64,000 nt of DNA from Candidatus Pacearchaeota archaeon (GTDB lineage Archaea; Nanobdellota; Nanobdellia; Pacearchaeales; GW2011-AR1), in contig NZBT01000006.1 in NCBI GenBank assembly GCA_002688015.1, positions 915 to 64,914 on the forward strand. Direction: 5' to 3'. The notes beneath the pieces were generated by a model. It saw nothing but the letters and a program-made list of their open reading frames with translations, searched no databases and had not been told where the DNA came from. Positions 53,535 to 61,610 of the stretch are shown here, piece by piece. Position 1 is the first letter of the stretch; the number at the start of each line of letters is the position of its first letter. Both the position numbers and the translations under genes were made by a program.

Positions 53535-55813
53535 TCTTTTTCAGATTCTTCTTTCTTGAACTTTTCTTTGTATTCTTTAGGTTTATAATCTGGATTCTTC
53601 TTTTTCCAATCGGGATCGAAGGGGAATTCCCAAGGACGTTTGCCTTTCTTTATTGACATTAAGATATGGAGACCAGATTCATTAGTTTTACCTGTGTTCT
53701 TTACTAAACCGCCAGGAGGAAGAGGGTATGTTGCTCTGCATTCTGGATACGAAGAACAGCCAACGAAATAGCTTCTTACTTTAGGAGAATAGCGGATTTG
53801 TAAATTTCCTTTGTTGCAGACTGGGCAAGGCATTATTGTGTTTTCCTCTCTTTCTTTTTCTCGTTGATTTTCTATTCCGGAGAGGAGAGCTTTCCCTATT
53901 TGCCTTTCTTTTTCTTTAAATTCTTTTGAAATATCTGTGATTACTGATTTTGCTTCGTTGATTATCTTTTGTTCTTTTTCTGGAAGTTTTTCAGAGGATT
54001 TTATTTTTTGAATTTCTTCCATTTGTTTCTCTAGAGAACGTGTGAGATTTTCATCTATAATGATTGAAGAGTATTTTTCAAGAGTTTCAATTAATTTCAT
54101 TCCTAAAGGTGTTGCTTTAATTGATCTTCCATCTAGGTATCCTCTGTCGAAAAGAGTATCAACTATGGAAGACCTTGTTGCTTTTGTTCCGAGATTCTTT
54201 TTTTCAAGAGTTGTTATTAGTGATGCTGGAGAATATCTTCTAGGAGGCAGAGTTTCTTTTTCTTCGAAATCAATTTTTGATATTTTTACTGGTCCAGAAA
54301 GGGAAGGGATTTCAGACTCTTCTACAGATGCTGGATATATTTGAGTCCAGCCTTTGTCAATTATTTTTAGTCCAGATGCTGTAAATGTGCTTTTCTCTTT
54401 GTTGTCAGCAGTGATTTTTGTTCTTTTATTCGCTGTTATTAAGTCAGGAGAGAAGCAAGAAAGGAAACGTTTTACAATTAATTCATAGAGTTTCTTTTCT
54501 TGGTCTTCTAATAGGGCTGGTTCGCCTGTTGGATAAATAGAAGGGTGTGCAGGGTCTGATTTCTTTCCTTCTATTGGTTTAGGGCGAGTTGCTTTTGAAA
54601 CAAGAGTTGGGAATTGTTTTTTAAGAGATTTAATAATTGCTTTAGGATTAATTGCATCAGGTATTTTTTGACTGCTTGTTCTGGGATAAGAGATGAGTCC
54701 AGAGAGATATAGTTTTTGTGCAATCTTAAGTGTTGCAGATGGAGAGATTTTGTACCAACGATATGCTTCTCTTTGTAAGGAAGTTAAGTCAAATGGAGTT
54801 TGGGGCTGAATAGATTCTTGTTTTTCAGTTGTTTCTGCTGTTCCGGACTTTATATCCTTGAAAGAATCAAGCTGTTTCTTGTCGAAAATGTCTTTTGGGT
54901 GTTTGTATTTTTGTTTTTTTACTGTTGCATAGACATTCCAGTATGGCTCGGATTTAAAGGCAGAGATTTCTTTTTCTCTGTCCACTATTACTTTTAGAGC
55001 AGGGCCTTGAACACGGCCTATGGAGAGTATCTTGAAGCTTCCCGAGGTCTTAATTGCAGCCATAAGAGCTCTGGAAAGGTTAATTCCGTAAAGCCAGTCT
55101 AGTATGTGTCTGGCTTCTCCTGCATAAGCATGTCCCCAATCGAGTTCGGGCATTAGAGATTGATAGGATTTGATTAGTTCTGGCTTTGTAAGAGTAGAAT
55201 ATTTCATTCTGGAAGCATTAGGTTGATTGCAAATGAAACGTAGAACGTTCCAACCGATTACTTCTCCTTCTATATCATAGTCTGTTGCAATTATGAAATT
55301 AGAAGCGCGCTTTGATAGTTTTTTTAACACATTGTAATAAGGTTTTGTGAAAGCTCCCGCTTTCTTTTCGAAGCTTGGGATCCACTCTGTTTCAAAGATT
55401 GGATAGCCTTTCTGACCTTTTACATAGTTTAAGTTGAATAAGTGCCCCACTGCGTTTGCCACAACTATCTTTTGACCTTTGTGTTCGAGTTCATAATAGG
55501 AAACTTTTCCTTCCTTTATCTGTGTTGCTTTGGAATCTGCTAGAGCTGTTGCAATTTTGTTTGCTGCTTGAGGTTTTTCAGTTATTATTAAAGTATACTC
55601 TTTGGGTGTTACGTCTTTAGTTATTGAAGAAGAAGCCTTCGCTCTTGATTTTCTTCTTTTCTTCTTTATGGTTTTTCCTGGTTTTTCTAATTGTCTTGGA
55701 GTGGGTTTTCCTGGGGATTCTATTTTTGTTAATTCAGAAATTGAAGGTTTTTGTTTAACAGTTTTCTCTACAACTTGCCTTACATTTTGCACATCTATGT
55801 ATTCTTGTGCCAT
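53531..55813 (-). CDS. topA: DNA topoisomerase, type IA
   Basis: TOPRIM (LIITEKPQAA, ATDYDIEGE), catalytic region GLISYPRTSS, C-terminal zinc ribbon CPVCNKG...CSSYPEC. A ~70-aa Lys-rich N-terminal extension. Confidence 0.9.
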   Translation of the reverse strand: MAQEYIDVQNVRQVVEKTVKQKPSISELTKIESPGKPTPRQLEKPGKTIKKKRRKSRAKASSSITKDVTPKEYTLIITEKPQAANKIATALADSKATQIKEGKVSYYELEHKGQKIVVANAVGHLFNLNYVKGQKGYPIFETEWIPSFEKKAGAFTKPYYNVLKKLSKRASNFIIATDYDIEGEVIGWNVLRFICNQPNASRMKYSTLTKPELIKSYQSLMPELDWGHAYAGEARHILDWLYGINLSRALMAAIKTSGSFKILSIGRVQGPALKVIVDREKEISAFKSEPYWNVYATVKKQKYKHPKDIFDKKQLDSFKDIKSGTAETTEKQESIQPQTPFDLTSLQREAYRWYKISPSATLKIAQKLYLSGLISYPRTSSQKIPDAINPKAIIKSLKKQFPTLVSKATRPKPIEGKKSDPAHPSIYPTGEPALLEDQEKKLYELIVKRFLSCFSPDLITANKRTKITADNKEKSTFTASGLKIIDKGWTQIYPASVEESEIPSLSGPVKISKIDFEEKETLPPRRYSPASLITTLEKKNLGTKATRSSIVDTLFDRGYLDGRSIKATPLGMKLIETLEKYSSIIIDENLTRSLEKQMEEIQKIKSSEKLPEKEQKIINEAKSVITDISKEFKEKERQIGKALLSGIENQREKEREENTIMPCPVCNKGNLQIRYSPKVRSYFVGCSSYPECRATYPLPPGGLVKNTGKTNESGLHILMSIKKGKRPWEFPFDPDWKKKNPDYKPKEYKEKFKKEESEKD

Positions 55814-56015
55814 TTTGGTGTTTACTAGAGAAATGTAGATATTTTAAAGGTTATAGTTTTTGTGGAGGATTGATGAATAAGGTTAAATTTAAATAGAGAT
55901 TTTCTTTCTTTTTAGTATGGCGGAATTAATACATTGGATTAAGCCTTTGATATTTAATTTATATTTATCCTAAGGATGCGATAGATATATAAAGGTAAAT
56001 AAAACTTTCTAGCTT

Positions 56016-56381
56016 ATGTTTAATGAAAATACTAATCTTTCAAATAGAATTTTAGGGGAGAATTCTATGAATAAGATTTTTATAAGATCACAATCGAGAC
56101 AGCGCGGTGCTGCGATGATTCCAGGGATGTTTAGGGTAGGTGCCTTACTGTATTCGGCAGTTATTCCAAGTATTTTGGGATATCAGATAGCGACTGGAAA
56201 TGTTATTCAAGATATGGGTGATGTTCGTTATTTTGTACCTGGCCCCCTTATTGGAGGACTTGCTTCTTTGGTTGATGAAACACCTTCTGATGCTGGCTTT
56301 ACGGCTGGTTTCTTCTTTGCTTTTGAGGCTGTATCTTTTGGAATTGGATATGGGATAGGATGTTTATCTGCTTTGTCCTGA
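56016..56381 (+). CDS. Small Gly-rich membrane protein
   Basis: Hydrophobic segments (VGALLYSAVIPSILGY; FFFAFEAVSFGIGYGIGCL). TATA ATATATAAAGG lies about 25 nt before 56016. Confidence 0.5.
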   Translation: MFNENTNLSNRILGENSMNKIFIRSQSRQRGAAMIPGMFRVGALLYSAVIPSILGYQIATGNVIQDMGDVRYFVPGPLIGGLASLVDETPSDAGFTAGFFFAFEAVSFGIGYGIGCLSALS

Positions 56382-56455
56382 AAATTAGTAATAGGGAATT
56401 GAAAAAGAAGGATTAGTATCTAAATTGTTAAATATTGTTGTTAATTGAAATAGTT

Positions 56456-56671
56456 ATGTCATATGAAGATTTTAGAAGGGCTATTTATGAGGTTATAGAG
56501 GATAGAACTGGGATGAATCCCCATGTTTTTGTTGATTTGCCTATTGATGAGCAAAGAAAACATATGGAAAGAAGAACGGGGAAACCAATGCAATTTACAG
56601 GTGTTGATTCTGGGATGAAGGTTTTATCTCATTCAGAAGTTGAAGCAATGCTTGATAAGGCTTTGCTTTAG
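56456..56671 (+). CDS. Hypothetical small protein (71 aa)
   Basis: ATG at 56456 preferred over the upstream TTG. No recognisable motif. Confidence 0.45.
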   Translation: MSYEDFRRAIYEVIEDRTGMNPHVFVDLPIDEQRKHMERRTGKPMQFTGVDSGMKVLSHSEVEAMLDKALL

Positions 56672-57264
56672 AGCTCAATTATTTTACCTTCCCTTCCCAC
56701 ATTAATGACTCTTGTTGATCCTATTGTTTCTTCTAGGCCGTGGGCTTCGTGGATATGTCCGTGGAGAAGGAAATCGGGCTTGAATTTCTTGATTGCTTTT
56801 TCTATGGCATTAGAGCCAGGGATACCAGAGAATTCAGACTTGCTTCCTGCAGGATGATCATGAGTTAACATGATTTTCTTTTTCGTTGTCTTCAGTCCTG
56901 CATGAGCTTTTTCCAGAGTTTTCATGATTTCGGAATCTGAAGTGTCTCCTGGGCCTGGAGCACGAGCACCGCCTGCTCCGAAGAATCCGATGTCTTCGTA
57001 AATTGCGGAATAGCCATGAATGTTTTTTACCCCATATAAAGTTGCTATGAAGTCTGCTGTTGCGAAAGAATCCCAGTTTCCTGGAAGAAGAAGAACGTGT
57101 TTCTTTTTGTCTTTGAATGGTTTAATGATGTCTTTTGTTTCTGAAAAGCCAGTTATGTCACCACATAGAATAACTAGATCAACATTTTCAGATTCTGCAC
57201 GCTGAGCTAGCCTTTTTGCTATTTTTGATTCTCCATGTATATCTGATGCTGCTAGGATTTTCAT
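56668..57264 (-). CDS. Metallophosphoesterase (YfcE/MJ0936-like)
   Basis: ASDIHG, CGDITG, GNWD, THDHP, HGHIHE motifs. Confidence 0.8.
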   Translation of the reverse strand: MKILAASDIHGESKIAKRLAQRAESENVDLVILCGDITGFSETKDIIKPFKDKKKHVLLLPGNWDSFATADFIATLYGVKNIHGYSAIYEDIGFFGAGGARAPGPGDTSDSEIMKTLEKAHAGLKTTKKKIMLTHDHPAGSKSEFSGIPGSNAIEKAIKKFKPDFLLHGHIHEAHGLEETIGSTRVINVGREGKIIEL

Positions 57265-57314
57265 GATAATGAGAGAAAAGTTAGGTTTATAAGTTTAAGG
57301 AATTAGTAATCAGG

Positions 57315-57854
57315 ATGTTGGATTTGAATAGAAGAGGAGAGGGTAAAGGAAAAGTTGTTTTGGGAATTGTTGTAGTTTTATTGTTGATTGGAGGAATTTT
57401 TGCGTATTATATTTTTGGAAATTTTAATAGATCGGAAGGAAGCACGGGAAGGACATTGGAGAATCCTACTTCTAATTTGACTAACGAGGAAGCAGTTTTA
57501 AGATTTGATGAAAGTTTTGTAAGGTATTTATTGTATAGTATAGGGGCAAGCAGATTACACAATCCTCCTTTAAGTAAGAATAAACCTAAAGTAGAGTTTT
57601 ATATTGATGATGATATTTATTCCGCTGTTGTGGAGAAAGGAGTTATTAGTGTTGAACGGGGAGGAATTGAAGATGAGGATATTATTATTAGAACTTCTAC
57701 TTTAGAAGCTGTTAAGATGGTTAGAACTGGGAATTATATCTCCGAGAGTTTCTCTTCTGGAAAGAGTGAGATGGAACTTATTTCTGGAAAGATAGAGTTG
57801 GGATCGAAGGGATATCTAAAGATTTATAACTCTCTTACTGGAGAGAGTAGTTAA
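57315..57854 (+). CDS. Membrane-anchored protein of unknown function
   Basis: N-terminal TM (VVLGIVVVLLLIGGIFAYYIF) and a ~140-aa soluble domain. Confidence 0.55.
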   Translation: MLDLNRRGEGKGKVVLGIVVVLLLIGGIFAYYIFGNFNRSEGSTGRTLENPTSNLTNEEAVLRFDESFVRYLLYSIGASRLHNPPLSKNKPKVEFYIDDDIYSAVVEKGVISVERGGIEDEDIIIRTSTLEAVKMVRTGNYISESFSSGKSEMELISGKIELGSKGYLKIYNSLTGESS

Positions 57855-57907
57855 TGAACGAGGGAAATTTCTGGTGTATCTTTAAAGTAGGGTTTTGTTA
57901 CTGTTTA

Positions 57908-57977
57908 AGGTTACAAATATAGAGAAAGGTTTAAAAGTAAACATGGAGCATGTAATATATAGGTTACAACATATAAG
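57908..57977 (+). promoter_or_regulatory. Direct repeats AGGTTACAA(N0-1)ATATA flanking the TATA box of the wHTH gene
   Basis: AGGTTACAAATATAGAG at 57908-57924 and AGGTTACAACATATAAG at 57961-57977. TATA GGTTTAAAAGT (57928-57938) lies between them. The second repeat abuts the ATG at 57978. Confidence 0.5.
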
Positions 57978-58253
57978 ATGGAAAAATCAAAAGAAAATTT
58001 CGACATATTTTTTAGAAGAAAACCGGCATTGATGTTGGTTGCTTTGAAGAGACTTTCAAGAGCAAGATATGGGAGTATTTTAGCAAAGGAAGTTGATTGT
58101 ACATACAGTCACGCTGTTAAGATTTTACAGAGCTTAGAGCGTTTGGGATTAGTAAACTTTGAAAAGAAAGGAAGAATAAAATTGATTAAGTTGACTAAGA
58201 GAGGACAAGAGATTGCAGATAATATTGAGAACATTAAGAAGGTTATAGGTTAG
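57978..58253 (+). CDS. Small winged-helix transcriptional regulator
   Basis: SILAKEVDCTYSHAVKILQSLERLGLVNFEKKGRIKLIKLTKRG is a wHTH pattern. 91 aa. Confidence 0.7.
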   Translation: MEKSKENFDIFFRRKPALMLVALKRLSRARYGSILAKEVDCTYSHAVKILQSLERLGLVNFEKKGRIKLIKLTKRGQEIADNIENIKKVIG

Positions 58254-58313
58254 AATTCTTGGACTTTGATTGGTTGTAAAGCTTTAAAAACAATATCTTT
58301 CTAAAACAATTAT

Positions 58314-58388
58314 GGCTTCGTAGCTCAGTCTGGTCAGAGCACTGGACTCTTAATCCAGGTGTCGCGGGTTCAAATCCCGTCGAGGCCA
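58314..58388 (+). tRNA. tRNA-Lys (anticodon CTT)
   Basis: GGCTTCGTAGCTCAGTCTGGTCAGAGCACTGGACTCTTAATCCAGGTGTCGCGGGTTCAAATCCCGTCGAGGCCA. Anticodon stem CTGGA/TCCAG with loop CTCTTAA. TATA AAGCTTTAAAAAC about 25-30 nt upstream. Confidence 0.9.
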
Positions 58389-58393
58389 TTCCG

Positions 58394-58421
58394 TCTTCCA
58401 CAGCGAGTACTCGAGTAAGAG
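58394..58421 (+). repeat. tRNA-trailer element copy 1 (core ACAGCGAGTACTCGAG, contains the 10-bp palindrome CGAGTACTCG)
   Basis: Core starts 11 nt after the tRNA-Lys 3' end. Its inverted copy at 59783-59810 shares the identical 16-nt core. Confidence 0.8.
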
Positions 58422-58516
58422 AAGATCGGAATAAATATTCTGGAGAAGAGAAGAATTTTTAGGAGAGAAAGGAAATTTGATTTTTGCTGGGAGTTAACGG
58501 TAATGGTTTCCAGGAG

Positions 58517-58789
58517 TTAACGGTAAACACGCCAGGTGTGGTTACATTTAGTACATTTGTAGAATTTTGTTTCTGATTCGTCAGCCGCACGAGTTTGTTT
58601 TGTCCAAAAGTATGCTTTTTTGTTTTTGCATTTTGTACATTTTATTTCTACTATGGGATGAGTTTCTTGAGCTTTTTCGTTTATAACTGCTACTGCATCA
58701 TGCCTTTTTATTTTTTCAGATACAATTACTTTTTTCTTTCCTGGTTTGGGCAGTTTTATACTTCCGTCTCGATTAAATTCTAGGGCCAT
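58517..58789 (-). CDS. tfs: Transcription factor S (TFIIS-like C-terminal zinc ribbon; N-terminal ribbon cysteines absent)
   Basis: CTKCKNKKAYFWTKQTRAADESETKFYKCTKCNHTW carries the TFIIS-type ribbon with the acidic ADE loop. The first 50 aa contain no Cys. Confidence 0.8.
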   Translation of the reverse strand: MALEFNRDGSIKLPKPGKKKVIVSEKIKRHDAVAVINEKAQETHPIVEIKCTKCKNKKAYFWTKQTRAADESETKFYKCTKCNHTWRVYR

Positions 58790-58856
58790 TTTACCTCTTC
58801 ATGATTAGCTTTTTTAAATGTATTGGAAGTATATATACCTTTTCTTGGAGTTAGGA

Positions 58857-59420
58857 TTAGGAACAGAATCCACGTTGGCTGGGAGATCTGAAAGGTTCAA
58901 AGAAGATTAACTTTACCCATCCAACTAGGGGGATTCTTACAGAGGATTTTCCTAAGACATTTGATTCAGAGATAGATTTTTCTATAGGGAGTTGAGCAAG
59001 GTTATTGTCTCCTTTTGTTGCTATTGGATCTAGAGAGATCACACGGTGTATTAGAGGATGTCTTGCATCTGCATTGAAGACCATTATGTCTCCTATTTCT
59101 GGAAATTTATGGTTTGTTAAGAGAATTATGTCTCCTTTGTTTAATCCATTTTTGAAGGGAAATTTGGAGAAATTTTCAGGAGAAATAGATTTCGATTCGT
59201 AATATGCTTCATTTTGTTCAATCCAAGAATCAAAGTTTGTAGAGTGATACATTGAGCATGATTCTATTACTACTAAAGGTAATGGGGAATTGGTTGCAAA
59301 ACCTAGGACAGGGAAGAAAATGATTTTAATAAATATTATAATCAATATTAAGGAGACAAGCCAAGATTGCCATGAATCTTGTTTCAGAAAGTTGTAAATT
59401 TTTTTTAAGTGGTTTTCCAT
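58857..59420 (-). CDS. Signal peptidase I (archaeal/eukaryotic Sec11-like S26)
   Basis: N-terminal TM, catalytic Ser context VIESCSMYHS, GDIMVFNA...HPLIHRVIS (His). Confidence 0.8.
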   Translation of the reverse strand: MENHLKKIYNFLKQDSWQSWLVSLILIIIFIKIIFFPVLGFATNSPLPLVVIESCSMYHSTNFDSWIEQNEAYYESKSISPENFSKFPFKNGLNKGDIILLTNHKFPEIGDIMVFNADARHPLIHRVISLDPIATKGDNNLAQLPIEKSISESNVLGKSSVRIPLVGWVKLIFFEPFRSPSQRGFCS

Positions 59421-59533
59421 TATTGAAAGAGAAGAAATGGGTTTTTAATTGTTAGGATTGAATGATGCAAATGATTTTAAAGTTTAATCCTTTGTTTTTC
59501 GGATGATAAATTGGAGTTTTAGAGTTAAACAAA

Positions 59534-59704
59534 ATGGCTGATCGAAGGATGGGAAAGGTTTTTATTTCATCTGAATCAGGCCATCTTTCTACTACTGAGA
59601 AGACAAGGAGGACAGATTTTGAAGAAGATGAAGAGTTAATTAAAAGGACAAGGAGTGATAAAAGACTTCTGAGACATTATCAAAATTATGGGGTCAAGAA
59701 TTGA
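59534..59704 (+). CDS. Possible small charged protein (56 aa), below the ORF-track cutoff
   Basis: ATG 59534 to TGA 59702-59704: MADRRMGKVFISSESGHLSTTEKTRRTDFEEDEELIKRTRSDKRLLRHYQNYGVKN. It fills an otherwise empty gap. No homology recognised. Confidence 0.3.
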   Translation: MADRRMGKVFISSESGHLSTTEKTRRTDFEEDEELIKRTRSDKRLLRHYQNYGVKN

Positions 59705-59782
59705 GCATGTCTTTTAAAGAGTATTTAACGCGGATGGATGTTTCTTTTTAATCTATTACAATGGAGAATGATTTCTGATTCA

Positions 59783-59810
59783 CTCTTGCTCGAGTACTCG
59801 CTGTGAAGAA
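59783..59810 (-). repeat. tRNA-trailer element copy 2 (core ACAGCGAGTACTCGAG on the minus strand)
   Basis: Plus strand reads CTCTTGCTCGAGTACTCGCTGTGAAGAA. On the minus strand the core starts 12 nt after the tRNA-Gly 3' end. Confidence 0.8.
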
Positions 59811-59816
59811 CGAAGA

Positions 59817-59888
59817 TGCGCCGACCGGGAATCGAACCCGGATCGTAACCTTGGGAAGGTCAAATCATAACCATTAGACCATCAGCGC
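59817..59888 (-). tRNA. tRNA-Gly (anticodon CCC)
   Basis: Reverse complement is GCGCTGATGGTCTAATGGTTATGATTTGACCTTCCCAAGGTTACGATCCGGGTTCGATTCCCGGTCGGCGCA. Anticodon stem TGACC/GGTTA with loop TTCCCAA. The D stem is weak (3 bp). Confidence 0.85.
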
Positions 59889-60286
59889 TTAACATTTCTA
59901 TATAGTACAAGCGCAGAGATTATAATCATTATGGTGTCAATAGCTATGCAAGAAAGACATATTGCTTTCAGGATAAAAAGTTGAACGTATATAAAATAGG
60001 GTGCGAAAATTGTTCCTAATATTGTTAAAGTTACAAATGATTGTTTTAATTTAGGGGATTTTTCTGAAGAGAGGAAGATTAGTAAGTATACTATGAAAGC
60101 AATTCCTCCAAGGAGAGAAACTTTTGCTCCAAAAAGAGTTGAATATTCTGAATGTCTTACAATGGAGCAACCTTGATCAAGAAGACAGATTTCGGACATT
60201 GTTAGATCTTCATAATAGGAATATCCAGATAGTGCTATGTTAATTAGGATTAAAATGAGAATTATTGATTTTATCTTGATTTTCAT
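59882..60286 (-). CDS. VKOR-family (vitamin K epoxide reductase-like) thiol oxidoreductase membrane protein
   Basis: Four hydrophobic helices, a loop Cys pair (CLLDQGC) and CLSC (CxxC) in the last helix. The last 7 nt including the stop overlap the 5' end of tRNA-Gly. Confidence 0.65.
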   Translation of the reverse strand: MKIKIKSIILILILINIALSGYSYYEDLTMSEICLLDQGCSIVRHSEYSTLFGAKVSLLGGIAFIVYLLIFLSSEKSPKLKQSFVTLTILGTIFAPYFIYVQLFILKAICLSCIAIDTIMIIISALVLYRNVKR

Positions 60287-60339
60287 TGTTTTATTTTAGA
60301 AGATAAGCTTTATAAAAGCATTTGTTTAAATTTCAGTAT

Positions 60340-60413
60340 GATCTCGTAGCTCAGCCTGGTAGAGCGCTGCTCTGATAAGGCAGAGGCCCTGGGTTCAAAT
60401 CCCAGCGAGATCA
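60340..60413 (+). tRNA. tRNA-Ile (anticodon GAT)
   Basis: GATCTCGTAGCTCAGCCTGGTAGAGCGCTGCTCTGATAAGGCAGAGGCCCTGGGTTCAAATCCCAGCGAGATCA. Anticodon loop CTGATAA. TATA TTTATAAAA about 27 nt upstream. Confidence 0.9.
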
Positions 60414-60425
60414 TTTATTTTTTTT
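60414..60425 (+). terminator. Oligo-T terminator after tRNA-Ile
   Basis: TTTATTTTTTTT immediately follows the tRNA 3' end. Archaeal RNA polymerase terminates at T runs. Confidence 0.5.
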
Positions 60426-60467
60426 CAGTATAATTATATTTTTATACTTATTATTTGATGTTTTAAG

Positions 60468-60827
60468 ATGCCAGAATATGATGAAGAAAATCTAGTGTAT
60501 AGAAGTCCTGATGGAATGATAATTATACATAAAAATGAGGACGATTTAGGTGATATAGATAATGGGTATGGATATCGTGTTGCAATTGGGCAGGGTAAAT
60601 TTACTATTCCTTCTAGATGCTTGAATGATTTAGTAAAGAAAGAAAATGATACTAATTCTGTTATGGAAAGTTTAAATGCAATGACTAGTGGTTATGCAGG
60701 ACCTTTGTTAGAACATGAGTCTGTTGATCCAAAAGATATTCAGATAGCTTTGTTGCATGTAGGCATGATTGAACTTGATGAGCAACTTAAAAGTGCTATT
60801 GATGGTTTGGTAGAAGCGGGAGTGTAA
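60468..60827 (+). CDS. Hypothetical protein (119 aa)
   Basis: Clean ORF with no recognisable motif. Confidence 0.5.
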   Translation: MPEYDEENLVYRSPDGMIIIHKNEDDLGDIDNGYGYRVAIGQGKFTIPSRCLNDLVKKENDTNSVMESLNAMTSGYAGPLLEHESVDPKDIQIALLHVGMIELDEQLKSAIDGLVEAGV

Positions 60828-60828
60828 T

Positions 60829-61533
60829 TCATTCTTCCGTTTGGAATTCTACGAGAAGTTTATCCTTAAGGAGAGAGAGGCGCTTTAGGGGAAGATTTAC
60901 GGGGAGAGAGTTTGTGTAAACTTTTTTATCTCCGATTGCCTTTACTTCATAACCCTCTTCGAGCTTTGCTATGAAAATATCTTCTATGGAATCAACACCA
61001 GGAGTTGCTAGCTCATAATTTAGAGAATTGTTCAATCTCTTTATAGAAGATTTTGCTTGTGCTTTTGGGAGAGCGGAAAGTTTTTTTATTTGTTCTTGAG
61101 TTGGGGCTTTTTCAAGTATTGATTTTTTCTTTGTTCCCTTGTTCTTTTGAGGGTTTTGTTGATTAGAGTTTGGCAATCCTATTTTTATTTTGATTCCATT
61201 AGGGAATGATTGAATTTCTGCGTTTTGCAAATCTTTTTGCATTTGTTTTTCAAATTGATTATATTCTTTGTCCATTGATTTGAATTGTTTGTCTAAAGAT
61301 TTCATTAGAGAATTTACCATTGAATTAATTATTTTATCTGTGATGCCGAAGCTTTCTTGATCTTCTAATGAGTCGTTTGGATTGGAATAATCATCTGTTC
61401 CTAAAAGGCCGTACGACTTTTGTTTTTTTTCAGAGTTTTGGGGGAAGCCGCAGTCAGGGCAATAGCTGACTTTATTTTCTATTTTAGAACTACAGTTCTT
61501 GCATTTTTTCTTGTTTTTCTTGTCGAAAATCAT
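60829..61533 (-). CDS. Zinc-ribbon protein with a C-terminal beta-sandwich (HSP20/p23-like?) domain
   Basis: N-terminal CKNCSSKIENKVSYCPDCG, a Gln/Lys-rich linker, and a C-terminal ~80 aa resembling a small HSP20-like fold (weak). Confidence 0.5.
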   Translation of the reverse strand: MIFDKKNKKKCKNCSSKIENKVSYCPDCGFPQNSEKKQKSYGLLGTDDYSNPNDSLEDQESFGITDKIINSMVNSLMKSLDKQFKSMDKEYNQFEKQMQKDLQNAEIQSFPNGIKIKIGLPNSNQQNPQKNKGTKKKSILEKAPTQEQIKKLSALPKAQAKSSIKRLNNSLNYELATPGVDSIEDIFIAKLEEGYEVKAIGDKKVYTNSLPVNLPLKRLSLLKDKLLVEFQTEE

Positions 61534-61610
61534 TTTCTTATGTTGTATAGACTAAATTGAGTAGTTTTAAAGGTTTTTGTATCTTGCGTTTTCGATGTTA
61601 ACACTATGAG

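Noticed and set aside
59461-59520. Possible C/D-box sRNA (AATGATGC ... GGATGATA) in the spacer upstream of the 56-aa ORF
   Set aside because: The C-box-like strings are imperfect, and no CTGA D or D' box lies at the required distance. More likely this is promoter or 5' region sequence.
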